From Octopus sinensis (lineage: Eukaryota), in NCBI RefSeq assembly GCF_006345805.1, contig NC_043000.1, positions 154,194,001 through 154,258,000 on the forward strand: DNA of 64,000 bases, written 5' to 3'. Shown in pieces: positions 51,650 to 64,000 of the stretch. Both the position numbers and the translations under genes were made by a program. Below the pieces are notes generated by a model, which was given only the letters and a program-made list of their open reading frames with translations, had not been told where the DNA came from and ran no database searches. How positions within the stretch are numbered: the first letter of the stretch is position 1; each line of letters begins with the position of its first letter.

Positions 51650-54600
51650 CTGCAAGAAACAAATATTTCATAAGTCCAGACTGCAGAAATGTACAGCTAA
51701 ATTTTATTATAGTAAAATAATTCTAGTAAATATAGAATCAAAGGGCCTTAGAATCAACCTAGCCAAAACCAAAGTCCCAATCAGTAAAAAAAGCACCATC
51801 CGATCGTGGCCGTTGCCATCCTCGCCTGGCCCCCGTGCTGGTGGTACATAAAAAGCACCATCCATCCGTGGCCATTTGCCAGCTCCGTCTGGCACCTGTG
51901 CGGGTGGCACGTAAAAAGCAGCCACTACACTCACAGAGTGGTTGGCGTTAGGAAGGGCATCCAGCTGTAGAAACACTGCCAGATCAGACTGGGCCTGATG
52001 CAGCCTTCTGGCTTCACAGACCCCAGTTGAACCGTCCAACCCATGCTAGCATGGAAAGCGGACGCTAAATGATGATGATGATAGCTAAAATATCAAACCA
52101 TATATAGTGTGCCGGTAGATGTTAAAGAACTTAGATAAGTTTTATGATCTTAATAGAACATGTGTCAAAGTGTAACGTGGTTGAATAATCACATCAACAA
52201 TGAAACATTTTATGAAGTATTTTTACGAGAAGGTTTAACTAATAGCATAGGAGTGGATGTGTGGTAAGTAGCTTGCTTACGAACCACATGGTCCCAGGTT
52301 CAGTCCCACTGCATGGCACCTTATGCAAGTGTCTTCTCCTACAGCCTTGGGCCGACTAAAGCCTTGTGAGTGGATTTGATAGTAGGAAACTGAAAGAAGC
52401 CTGTGATATATATATATATATATATGTGTGTGTGTATATGTTTGTCCCTCCAACATCGCTTGACAACCGATGCTGGTGTGTTTACATCCCCGTAACTTAG
52501 CGGTTCGGCAAAAGAGGACGATAGAGTAAGTACTAGGCTTACAAAGAGTAAATCTTGCTCGACTAAAGGCACTGCTCCAGTCAAATGACTGAAACAAGTA
52601 AAAGAGTTAATGTTTGTTATTTTTGTCCTAGAATTAATATTTTGCACTAGTAGAAAAGGTAGTAACTAAAGAATAGAAAGCAATAAAAATTAAGATGGGA
52701 TTAATGAATTAACCAGAGAAACTACAATAAAATTTATTTCAAAGTGAAGCTCTGCTTTTTAGTACTTCATGCTAGTAAGGTTGAGAAAGTGTTCTTGGTG
52801 TAAACTGCTTTATACTTTTAATGTTGCAATAGCCTTTTAATTGTTAATTATTCAACTAAAGCAAGAACTGGTTCTGTTAACAGTTGGACAAAGTAAAACA
52901 TGCAGAGTAATTTTACTCTTTTCTCTTTTACTTGTTTCAGTCATTTGACTGCAGCCATGCTGGAGCACCGCCTTTAGTCGAGCAAATCGACCCCGGGACT
53001 TATTCTTTGTAAGCCCAGTACTTATTCTATCGGTCTCTTTTGCTGAACCGCTAAGTGACGGGGACGTAAACACACCAGCATCGGTTGTCAAGCAAAGCTA
53101 GAGGGACAAACACAGACACACAAACATACACACACATACATATATATATATACATATATACGACAGGCTTCTTTCAGTTTCTGCCTACCAAATCCACTCA
53201 AGGCATTGGTCGGCCCGGGGCTATAGCAGAAGACACTTGCCCAAGATGCCACGCAGTGGGACTGAACCCGGAACCATGTGGTTGGTTAGCAAGCTACTTA
53301 CCACACAGCCACTCCTGCGCCTGTAATGTTTCACCCGGAAGCATAACAGTTGTCAAGTTAGAACTTATGACCAAACTGACTAACTATACTAACTGCACAG
53401 CTATAGTGCTTGACTAAATGAATAAATATGAAACAGATTTAAAGCATTAAGAAACTTTATAGTAAAAGCTGGGCTCATAAAAGAGAAGTTAAACATGGCT
53501 AAATATAAAAGATGGTAAACAATTTGCTAAGATTTAAGAAAAAAAAAAGACAAACATTTGAAATTTAAGGAAATCTACGAACCTCTTTTTTCATGTTGTT
53601 CATCTTTATAATAAAATAAGTAATGCCATATTCTGGTAGTGCCTGCCATGCTTTGATGTATGCCATCTTGGATTCTGTCAAATTCATATTTTTCACATTG
53701 GTGTGAGCTTCTTTAATACGTTTGAGAAACTGAAATTTAAGTACATAAAATTTTATCATTGAAAGATAGTCTTGTATACCAAAATAGTATCCTAACTAAG
53801 TTCATAAACATTCAACAAATGTCAACCTAGCAAAATCTACGCTATTTTTCCCTAGTTGCACTGCAACACAAGCACAATATTGCAGTATCATTAAGACTGA
53901 ATAAATAAAAGGTAATTCTGTTTAATTGACTGTTCATAATTAGAGTGTATAAGAAAAGAGTAGTTCAAAAAACTTAAGATAGTGTTGGAGTTGAACAAGT
54001 CTTCTCCAGCACAGCACCTGGCAGTTTATTGTAGTCAGCTCCTATCACTTTTGGAAGTTCTTCCTTGGTCTTTTCTCTTCAGCTGATTCATTCCACTTGG
54101 ATCACATATTTATTTAATGAAATGTCATCCTTCATATGTATTACAGTTCCATACCAAAAGTCCTTTCTCAGTTTGTTTCCAATTCCGCTATTCCTCCTGG
54201 GCACACAGAGTTCACACTAGGTACACCACATGGAATTCCTGTCCCTATTTTTTTTTTTTTTCTTATCAAACATAGTTCCTTCCCAAACGGTAATAGAGTC
54301 TTCCTTTCCTGTTCAATAAAACTGCCTTCATAAGGTTGATTCTCACTTCTATGTTTGGAATTTCAGATTCAGATATTAGAACCGGGTCATCAGCTTATGA
54401 AATTTCCATGGACAGTAAATCCTAAATATCACAGTCATTGCCTGGAGAACTATAAGAATCTGAGAACTAATCCCTGATGGACACCTACCTACAAGGTAAA
54501 TTCCTTACAGAATCAAGGTGAGAACAGTGGATTCTGTGCAAAGAACCCCATACCTTACAGTGCAGAATTGTAATTCTGTCACAAGGCTAGAGAAGATAAT

Positions 54601-57600
54601 GGCAAGAAATACCAGTGTGTATTGTTTTAAATCACTTTGCTATGTTCAGCTTAATTCTTCCTTGAAAAAAATTTTCTACAGGTGGTAACCCATCTTGTTG
54701 CCAGCTATCACTTGTTTCAGAGCAAGTTTCTTCATAACCAGACATGCTTTCATAGATTGTTAATGAAAGATAACACCTGTAGGACAATGACATGCTATAA
54801 CTATCACGTGATATCAAGATGAGGTGTGCACACACAACAGGCTTTTCAGTTTCTCTCAACCAAATCCATTTATAAGGCATTTATTAATCTGGTGTTATAT
54901 AAGGCACCTTGCAGTAAGACACCTTGCAGTAAGACTGAACTCTGAACAAAATTTTAGATGCTGAATTTTATAAAATCAAAGTTTAGATTTTCTCAGCAAA
55001 ATGAGATAAGAGAAGTGGTCTGGTTTCTCTTTACGACCTCAATTTGGTACTTATGCTTATCACTTGTTTTGAGTATCCAAAAATAGATATTTCAACAGCT
55101 GAGTATCATTAGATTTTTTTTTTAATGTCAATCATTCTACCACAGTAAAGAAAAGTTTCTTTTTTTCAATTGATTAGACTAAATTTAGCAAAAGAAATTG
55201 AAATTAACCTTTTTGTTACCAACCCGGCTGAAACCGGCTCTGAGTACAAATGTCTTGTTTTCATAGGTTTTGAATTAAAATCTTCCACCAAACCTTAGTC
55301 ACAATTTATATTCCTAACACTAGCTTAAATGATAACTAAGTTATTTTACTAAATTCTTTGTTGTATTTAAAATAATTGAAAGAAACACAGCATCTCAAAA
55401 TAAATACGGTAATGAAAGGGTTAAAGGAAAAAATAGCATACCCTTATAAAGTTGAGAAATATTTTCAAATATTCAAAATAATCTAGTAAATCTGAATTCC
55501 ATTCACTTCTAGTATATTTTAACCCTTAAGCATTTGAAATGGCAACAGCCATAAATCTAATGGTATTTATTCAAACTGACTACATGTTTGCTATGTTACT
55601 TTCTATATCAAATAACACAAGAGGCAATATTCTTTAGTCTCATTATCTTGTAATATATCAACACTTCTAACATTGTCATTAAGGCAGTGGATTGCTGGAC
55701 AAAATGTTTAGCATCTTTATGTTCTGAGTTCAAATCCCACCAAGCTCAACTTTGCCTTTAATCTTTCCAGGATTGATGAAAAAAATACCATTTAAGCACT
55801 GGGGTCGATGTAATCTAACTCCCTCCTCCAAACTTCAGGCCTAGTGCCTATAGTAGAATGGGTTATTATTATTATTATTATTATTATAGAATTTTGGTGG
55901 ATACATACAATCAATTACTTTAATATTTTGTAACCGTTATGATTAAACTGTCCAAGAATGCCTCCTCTAGGATGCAAAAAGGAACTGCCCATTTTAAGGG
56001 TTCATAAATTAAAATTTATCATTCTATGTAAGTCTTTTAATTTAGATTCCAAACAAAATTAAAATGAAATAGTTATATTGATTAAATCTTGATTATTTTC
56101 GAAATAAGAGACAGTCAAAAAAGATTAAAAGTAAACCAATGATAATGGAAAACAAACTTTCTACTTGTTAGAAATAACCAAATTATCCTTAAATAACACT
56201 AACATTTTAATTAAAGAAACATTCCACACAAAGATGAGATGACCACGAGTGGCATACATTTCCTTATATGCCTGCTCAAGGACTGACTGGTATTTAAACA
56301 CGTTTAGAGTGAGCAAAAAAAAAAAAAAAAAGCCTTTACATAGTTGCTTGATCTGCTAGAAATAGAAGGCAAATTCCTTCAAATCACAAATTAACTTTAG
56401 AAAAGAACACATTGCATAATGTACTCTAAGATACACTACGCCTGAAAAAGAAAGAGATATTAAACAAGGTAATCCAAGACTAACTTGACTAGATTTTCAG
56501 TCTCATTTCTTATTATTTAGAGTTTTGGTCAAGAGTAAGATGCCTAACTGGTTTGCTGTGAAGAAGACCCGAGTCAGCAAATTGAACTTTCCAAACTCCT
56601 ACACTCTCGTCAACTAAATAACATTCCAGAGTTGATCTGGTAAATAAACAATTATAAATATCCATTTTACACTCCAACAGCTACATTGTAAGTGACCTAG
56701 TGACCTGAATAACTCACTGATTTCACTAGATTTTCTTGAGCTTGCAGAGTATTAACATTGAGCCCAAATTAGCTAATTCTATTCATGAACACGTGTATTA
56801 AATTCTCAAAAGAATAATTGAAAAATTTAGGTTAATATGATGTTTACAAATCTCCCAATATCCAGTTTGTTTTTGAAAGATTATTGGATATAATCTTTTA
56901 TGTGGATGGATTACACTTGAAATCTCATAACACTCTCTACAAGTTAATGCTATGGTTTAACTGTGTATACTATAGTAATATACATGCATGCACACACATG
57001 GTTGTGTTTAACTGAAGGCGGAGAGATGGCAGAATCGTTAGCATGCCAGGTGAAATGCTTAGCGGTATTTCAACTGCCATTATGTTCTGAGTTCAAATTC
57101 TGCTGAGGTCGACTTTGCCTTTCATCCTTTCGGGGTCGATTAAACAAGTACCAGTTATGCACCGGGGTCGACGTAATCGACTTAATTCGTTTGTCCCCTC
57201 TGTGTTTAGCCCCTTGTGGGTAGTGAAGAAATAGGTTGTGTTTAACTGACATTGATTTGTGTACAGCAAGTGATGTGCCAGGGATGATATTGTTCCAATG
57301 TGTGTTGTCTTGGGTAGGTATCTCTTGATACAGTTTCAAAGTAAGCAAAGCTTTGAGTGAAATTTGTGGATAGAAACTGTACTTAACCTTTTAGCATTCA
57401 ATCTGGCCAAAATAGAATATTTTATGTCCAGATTCACCGAATCTGGCCTATCACACCTACCCTACAATGTCATCCTAGAACTAAATAATCACATCAAAAT
57501 CTTTAAGTCACAAAATACTGCAAGATCGGTTCAAAACAATGTGAATGAATAAGCCATTACATTTAATAGGATCATCGTCATCATCATCATAGTTTAATGT

Positions 57601-60600
57601 CTGCTTTCCATGCTGGCATGGGTTGGTTAGATGGTTTGACAGGAGTTGACCAGGCAGAAAACTGCAGGCTTCTGTGTGGGTTTTGGCAGTTTTTATGGCT
57701 GGATGCTCTTTTTAACACCAACCACCCAGCAGAGTGGACATTCAGTATTCTGAATGCTAAAGGGTTAATCCCATTGTGTACGTGTGTGTACATGAACATT
57801 TCCTTCATGTCTTCACAATATGGTGTGAGTAGAACAGCAATTTCTTGTTTACATCCCTCATAAATAAAGTACCTTACTATAGCTGTCCCCTTGAGATGAC
57901 TAGTAAAATAAAAAAATTTTTTAAATCCCTTGCATGATAAACAAGAGAGGGTTGGTGATAGGAAGTGACAATTATTAAATACAGTCTCAAAGAAATTTTT
58001 ACCCCCACTCCCTACCAGCTGGACTGGCTCCTGTGCAGGTGGCACATAAAAAGCACCATTTGAATGTGGCCGTTGCCAGTACCACCTGACAGGCCCTTGT
58101 GCCGGTGGCATGTAAAAGCACCCACTAAACTCTTGGAGTGGTTGGCATTAGGAGGGGCATCCAGCTGTAGAAATTCTGCCAGATCAGATTGGAGCCTGGT
58201 GCAGCCATTTGGTTCGCCAGACCTCAGCCAAACTGTCCACTCCATGCTAGCATAGAAAGCAGACGTTAAACGATGATGATAATGATATAAGCCTTATTTG
58301 GAAATGGGTGAGGATCAGAAACAAGGACATCCAACCATAGAAAATCTGTCCCAAAAAATTCCATTTGATCTATGCAAGTGGATATTGAAAACAATGAGGA
58401 TATATTTCATTTGTTCGTTAGCAGGAAGGATTTGAGACAGGATTTCATGACAAATGCTCTTCCTGTCACTAAAGCTACTTTATTTAAATAAGGGATTTCT
58501 CTGTTCCACTGGTCTTTCAATGCACAGTGACCGATCATAACATCAACAAGGAATGTTACAGTATTAGTACCACTTCACTCAAGCAATGACAAGTATGCAA
58601 TGTACAGTAACCCTAGACAGACTGGGCACATTGAATAATGAAATCTTCAATAGACTATCCAAAAAAAAACTAGTTATAATTGAAAGGTCTTCTTTGATCA
58701 TATATCTACTCAGTTAGGGCTTTGCTGAGTATAAACAACTCCCTGTAAAAAAAATATAAGAGTCACTGAATCTAATATGAATTTCTCTTACCTGTCCAGC
58801 TTTGAGTTTTCTTACAAATCGAGGAGCAACAAAATCTTCAACATTGATATCTGGAACTGAGCCACTGGATGATACATTTGAGTCATCGGCTGCAGGTTCT
58901 TGCATACTCAGGAAGGTCTTCAGTGTTGTTACCTCACTTTCATATGTGCTATCTGCCATTGTTTTGCCTTTAGAAGCCAATCTACAGGCTGCCATCCAGT
59001 CACAGTAAAGTTCTTTCTGTAATTTGTAACAAACATTAGTGTTGAAATTGTTATTGATAATTAAATTTGGTAGCTGCCTTTTGGCAGGACACAAAAGCAA
59101 GAAAGAGACCTACACATTGAGATCTAGAAAGGGCGGTTTTGGGGAATCAACTTTCTAAAATCCAAAGAGACCCCTTTCAGTGTTACCTAATAAGGGCCTC
59201 CAATACTCAATTACATTTCTTTTCTGAACACTCAATAAGTTTTGTATTCTTAAAAACATATCCACTCACGAAATAGTTTGCTATAACTATTTCACAAGAT
59301 ACCAGCCAGTTTGAGACAGCCCCTATGTTACAATCTTCCTGCTTACAAGTGCTTTAAATTAAAAGCTTCCTTTAAAATATACTAAACTATGTTCCAAGCA
59401 GCTTGATAACAGTTATTTTACTAAATTCTTCATTAATTTCAAAATTAATTGAAACAAAGGCATTGGTTTCAACAGAAATATAGTAACAAAAGAGTTAAGT
59501 AGGTAAACCAAATGATATCCCATTGCTCTTTTTATTTTTTTCAAGTTTTAGCCTAAAAATCTTTTTAGAAATGCTATTACTGATGTCCATGCTTTTCCTA
59601 AAATTTTTAACAATGATATGAATTATTAGGACAAGCTTCAATAAACTTTATTATACTCCATGGAAACAGTATGTATTTTGTGTCTTATATTTTACTGATG
59701 TGTGTCAAACTTCCTGTCATGACAGTAAACACAAAAATTCAAAGAAATAACCATTAATCATAAATCCAGGCATATTTTGTTTCAGTTCAAACTACTGGTT
59801 TAACACTGCTTTGATGAATAATGACACATCTTTAATTATCAGAACAAACACTTGCATTGTGAAACTTGCCTGCTTTATACAGATATTCCCTTTGTTGCTA
59901 TGGAATAAATCTCAACTCCTCTCATTCACTATTGTCCCAGCCACAGCCTATAAAATTTACATAAGAATAATTCTAGTGTCAAATAGCATTTTATCCACAA
60001 CTCCCTCGCAAATCTCTACCAGTGACACAATTATGGGTCACAATCAAATAATCACTGTTGCGTAAACATGCCATGAACATATTCACACATGCTCAGTTAA
60101 TATTCTATTAATATTCTGCTACATCTGATCAAAGGCCATTAATATTATCACTACTACACCAGGTGTTAGTTCTGGATATTCATACTAACACTGCACATAA
60201 AAATAGACGCTATACAATTTCACTTTCAAATGCTAAAGTAGAATTAACAATTTATAAAGACGGAAATTAAATTCTATACAATTATCTATTAATATATTTT
60301 TTGCTTTCGCCAAGCACATAAATTTCTCTGAAGTGAGTGATGCAGTTTACCTAACTAGTATAACAACAAAGAAGTATTTTGATTTCGTTTTGAATTTAAT
60401 AGTTCTGAAAAATATTTCATGCAATTTAAAATTGCCACTTAACTTTATTTGAATATACTTTTTCTATATTAGTATTATATTTGTACTTTTTTTCTATTAT
60501 ACAAACTATACAATCTGTATATTTCAATATAAAAACACTAAACTACAGATGCTATGTTGGCCACTGTGGACTTCTTGCTATTCAGTATAGCAATGAATAT

Positions 60601-63582
60601 AAATAACACTTTAGTGTTTACAATATTTACAAAAGCAGTTACTACAATTCTGTAATAAGCCATATAAACAGGAACAGGTAGAGGAAGTCAATACTAACTG
60701 TGTCAAACCGAAGCCAAATTTCTGACATTCCTTCTTTCGTGGGTTCAAATAATTTAATACCAAATTTCTGACTTGAAAGGTTTACATCAGGACTGGCCTC
60801 ACAGCCTGCATAAAAAGAAGTTAAGAGTTTAAATATTTTACTTTCAAAGTAAAGATAATCATCAATACATTTCCTAATCACATTGAACTGAATGAATTCA
60901 TTACCAAAGTATTTTATAAAAAAAATTAACTGAAATTATATTCTGGGATGAATGTAAGTGTAGATAATCTGTCCCACATGAGGTCTAACTTGTGTAAGAT
61001 CAACTAGAAAAAGTTATAGAGTGGCTGTGTGGTAAGTAGCTTGCTAACCAACCACATGGTTCCGGGTTCAGTCCCACTGTGTGGCACCTTGGGCAAGTGT
61101 CTTCTACTATAGCCTCGGGCCGACCGAAGCCTCGTGAGTGGATTTAGTAGACGGAAACTGAAAGAAGCCCGTCGTGTATATATATATATATATATATGTG
61201 TGCATGTATGTTTGTGTGTCTGTGTTGGTCCCCGCAACACCCCCCACCCCAATATTACTTGACAACCGCTGCTGGTGTGTTTACGTCCCCGCCACTTAGC
61301 GGTTCGGCAAAAGAGACCGATAGAATAAGTACTGGGCTTACAACGAATAAGTCCTGGGGTCGATTTGCTCGACTAAAGGCGGTGCTCCAGCATGGCCGCA
61401 GTCAAATGACTGAAACAAGTAAAAGAGTTGAAATACCAAACAGAATTCTAGGAAGATAGACTCATATTACAGCAGAAGTAAACTGAACTTCAGAAAGATG
61501 TCCCTTATGTCTAAGAATCATTACGACTATTATTGCACTTTAGTGTAAAACAATGTGAAGACAAAAGCGGGAAAGATTCAAACATGTATATATATATGCA
61601 ACAGGATCCTTTGTAGTTTCCGTCTAACAATTTCATTAAGAAAAACAACTCACCTTTGGTACCAATTCTTGCAATAGGTTCTCCAGCCCGGTCTTCTTTA
61701 CTCTTATATAAGGAAATAGTATATTCTCTAAAGACGCAATAATAACGCTTAAAATTCTTCAGGGTGAACTTTTTTGGTCTAAAAATAAAAATAAGACGTT
61801 CTATTAGTCAGAAATTATTAAAAAAAAAACAAAACAAAAAAAAAACACTACAATTTCCATACAGACAATACAAAAATTAATTCACTAACTACTGATTTCT
61901 GACATCAGTATAAAGCTAGAGGCACATCGCTCGGTGGTTAGAGCATCGGCCTCGCAATTACACGAGTTGTAATGTCACCAGTGCCAAGCTGGATCAGCCT
62001 TTGCCTTGGATAACATCGGTGACCTGGAGAGGGCAGACTGGTATGTATGGGTGACTGCTGGTCTTCCATAAACAACCTTGCATAGACTTGTGCCTTAGAA
62101 AGTAACTTTCTAAATGTAATCCCAGGGTCATTTATGACTGAAGGAGGTCTTTTACATCCTAAGGCTATAATTGGTGATAGCAGGGCACTTCGGATAGATG
62201 ATTGCAGTACCTGACTGGTCTTGTTTTTATTGACCCTGAAACAATGAAAAGCAAGATCTACTTTAAAGGGATTTGAACTCAAAGTATTAGGGATTACAAC
62301 TCAGCAATGCATTTTTCTCTGCTGCTCTGCTAACCATTGTCTTCACCAAATAATATAGTGGCCACATGGCAACTGCTTAGCCAAACCCTGTCCCCAACTT
62401 ATTGATAGCATGAGCTGGATGAACTGCTACATGTTTCTAAAGTGAATATGTTTTGGTTTCATCATCATCATCGTTTAGCGTCCGCTTTCCATGCTAGCAT
62501 GGGTTGGACGGTTCGACCGGGGTCTGGGAAGCCAGGAGGCTGCACCAGGCTCCAGTCTGATCTGGCAGTGTTTCTACAGCTGGATGTCCTTCCTAACACC
62601 AACCACTTCATAAGTGTAGTGGGTGCTTTTTATGTGCCACTGGCACAGGGGCCAGAGGAGGCTGGCAAACGGCCACGATTGGTTGGTGCTTTTATGTGTC
62701 ACCAACACGGACGCCAGTCAGGCGGCGCTGGCATCTGCCACGTTTGGATGGTGCTTTTAACGTGTCACCGGCACAGGTAACTTAACTACAATTCCCATTT
62801 GATTTTCATTTTGATGTTGGTATTAACGTACTTGACTCAATAGGTCTCCTCAAGAACAGCGGGTCACTCTACGATCCAAGGTTAGCACAGCAGGCTGTCC
62901 TGCAAGCCATGAAATCTAATATAAATTTAATGTACCACTAGTTATAGTCACTGAAGAAATTTAAATAGAATATCTTCCTCTCACTATTGAAAAATGGTGA
63001 GGGGGTTAAAACAAAAAAAAAAAAAAACCATATCACCTTTTAACATATTTTCCAAACTGGTATGGGATGGATAGTCCAACAGGAATTGAGAAGATAGAAA
63101 ACTATGCCAGACCCTGTCTTCTCTAGCATGGTGGTAACCAGTTTAGAGAGTGTACTAGGTGCTTTTTATAGGGCACCACCACCATTGAGACCATCAAGTC
63201 ATAAGTCAAGACTCTTCAACCAAGAGGATACAGTATTGGGGGAGGCAGCTTTATGCCAGATGGTGAGAAGTTTTATATATTTTTTATTGTCTTGAGAGGG
63301 TCTTCACAACCAAATACAAAAACAAATTGTGTGGGTATACACAAATATATGCATGCATACACATAGGAGAAACAGTAAGAAAAGGTTAAAAACTTACTTG
63401 AATATTTTGATGAAAGCATCTAACTCTGGTACATTTGTGATGTCATTTGAAGAAGGGGCCGTTGTCCCTTCCAAAGACTCTTTCAATTCTTTTAAGGCAG
63501 AATCAATATCATCCTCTTCTTGACCGTCAGTTTGATCAAATATTTCAGGTTGTGGGTTTTGACTCTCCAACTGGACTTGTAA
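51359..63582 (-). CDS. FERMT2: Fermitin/kindlin family protein (UNC-112-like), last 6 exons; 5' part lies beyond the window
   Basis: Six GT-AG exons join into 359 aa + TAA: DITNVPEL, the PH domain ([22 protein letters not shown]), [28 protein letters not shown] and [16 protein letters not shown]. Invertebrates have no FERMT1/2/3 split, so the symbol is only the usual best-match label. Confidence 0.95.
51730..52082 (+). mobile_element. Internally deleted RTE: RT segment fused to the 3' UTR
   Basis: [14 protein letters not shown] joined directly to the family 3 tail. Confidence 0.75.
52245..52607 (+). mobile_element. SINE family 1
   Basis: Family consensus with small deletions. Confidence 0.88.
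52913..53322 (-). mobile_element. SINE family 1, full length
   Basis: Reverse complement of the family consensus. Confidence 0.9.
53583..53729 (-). CDS. FERMT2: FERMT exon ([12 protein letters not shown]...[23 protein letters not shown])
   Basis: atttcag / gttcgt; 147 nt. Confidence 0.94.
55208..55420. mobile_element. piggyBac-like TTAA MITE (uninterrupted)
   Basis: TTAA|CCTTTTTGTTAC...GTAATGAAAGGG|TTAA. Confidence 0.82.
55681..55887 (+). mobile_element. SINE family 2 (tail B), diverged, with (ATT)n
   Basis: Head, core and tail B. Confidence 0.7.
57016..57233 (+). mobile_element. SINE family 2 (tail A) with a 16-bp TSD
   Basis: GGTTGTGTTTAACTGA at 57000-57015 and 57234-57249. Confidence 0.88.
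58010..58288 (+). mobile_element. RTE 3'-end repeat (family 3)
   Basis: Family 3 consensus with (GAT)n tail. Confidence 0.85.
58792..59016 (-). CDS. FERMT2: FERMT exon ([25 protein letters not shown]...[11 protein letters not shown])
   Basis: ttacag / gtaaga; 225 nt. Confidence 0.95.
60699..60805 (-). CDS. FERMT2: FERMT exon, PH domain ([36 protein letters not shown])
   Basis: ttatgcag / gttagt; 107 nt. Confidence 0.94.
61018..61428 (+). mobile_element. SINE family 1
   Basis: Family consensus. Confidence 0.9.
61654..61778 (-). CDS. FERMT2: FERMT exon, PH domain N-terminal part ([42 protein letters not shown])
   Basis: tttttag / gtgagt; 125 nt. Confidence 0.93.
62458..62905 (-). mobile_element. 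RTE 3' UTR repeat (family 3)
   Basis: (CAT)n tail, consensus and tandem units. Confidence 0.85.
63398..63582 (-). CDS. FERMT2: FERMT exon ([13 protein letters not shown]...[15 protein letters not shown])
   Basis: tttttctcag acceptor, gtaagt donor; 185 nt. Confidence 0.92.
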
Positions 63583-63631
63583 CTGAGAAAAAAAAACATT
63601 TTTAATACAAGGTTTTTGCTATTTTATATCC

Positions 63632-64000
63632 TTACTCTTTTACTTGTTTCAGTCATTTGACTGCGGCCATGCTGGAGCACCGCCTTTAGTCGAGCAAATC
63701 GACCCCGGGACTTATTCTTTGTAAGCCCAGTACTTATTCTATCGGTCTCTTTTGCCAAACCGCTAAGTGACGGGGACGTAAACACACCAGCATCGGTTGT
63801 CAAGCAATGCTAGGGGGACAAACACAGACACACAAACTATATATATATATATATATATACACGACAGGCTTCTTTCAGTTTCCGTCTACCAAATCCACTC
63901 ACAAGGCATTGGTCGGCCTGGGGCTATAGCAGAAGACACTTGCCCAAGATGCCACGCAGTGGGACTGAACCCGGAACCATGTGGTTGGTTAGCAAGCTAC
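63632..64000 (-). mobile_element. SINE family 1 (runs off the window)
   Basis: Reverse complement of the family consensus. Confidence 0.9.

Noticed and set aside
57587-58111. 174-aa - strand ORF
   Set aside because: It spans a mosaic of family 3, family 1b and MITE fragments.
1-64000. A novel multi-gene system or horizontally acquired prokaryotic cassette
   Set aside because: All recognisable coding sequence belongs to two conserved spliced genes or to TE fragments. No intronless foreign ORF with a recognisable domain was found; the only unassigned block is 2284-2880.

Overview
AT-rich, intron- and repeat-dense animal genomic DNA. The SINE families look like those of octopus (coleoid cephalopod) genomes; this is recognition from memory, not a database result. 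Two convergent, 5'-incomplete protein-coding genes were rebuilt by hand from splice signals and frame continuity. (1) DHTKD1 (2-oxoadipate dehydrogenase E1) on the + strand: 19 GT-AG exons, 309..47927, 2226 nt = 741 aa + stop. (2) A fermitin/kindlin (FERMT) gene on the - strand: the last 6 exons, 63582..51359, 1080 nt = 359 aa + stop, covering F2/PH/F3. Introns hold tRNA-derived SINEs with interchangeable tails, RTE, CR1, R4/Dong, Hero/NeSL-like and Penelope-like retroelement fragments, a DD37D (maT) transposase relic, three non-autonomous Helitrons, several MITEs with clean TSDs, a probable solo LTR, and micro/minisatellites. I found no evidence for a new multi-gene biological system. The best leads are a SINE self-insertion hotspot, inverted SINE pairs (A-to-I editing or circRNA candidates), a pre-miRNA-like hairpin, a nested MITE next to the last DHTKD1 exon, a young GC-rich CR1, and an unassigned GC-rich island.
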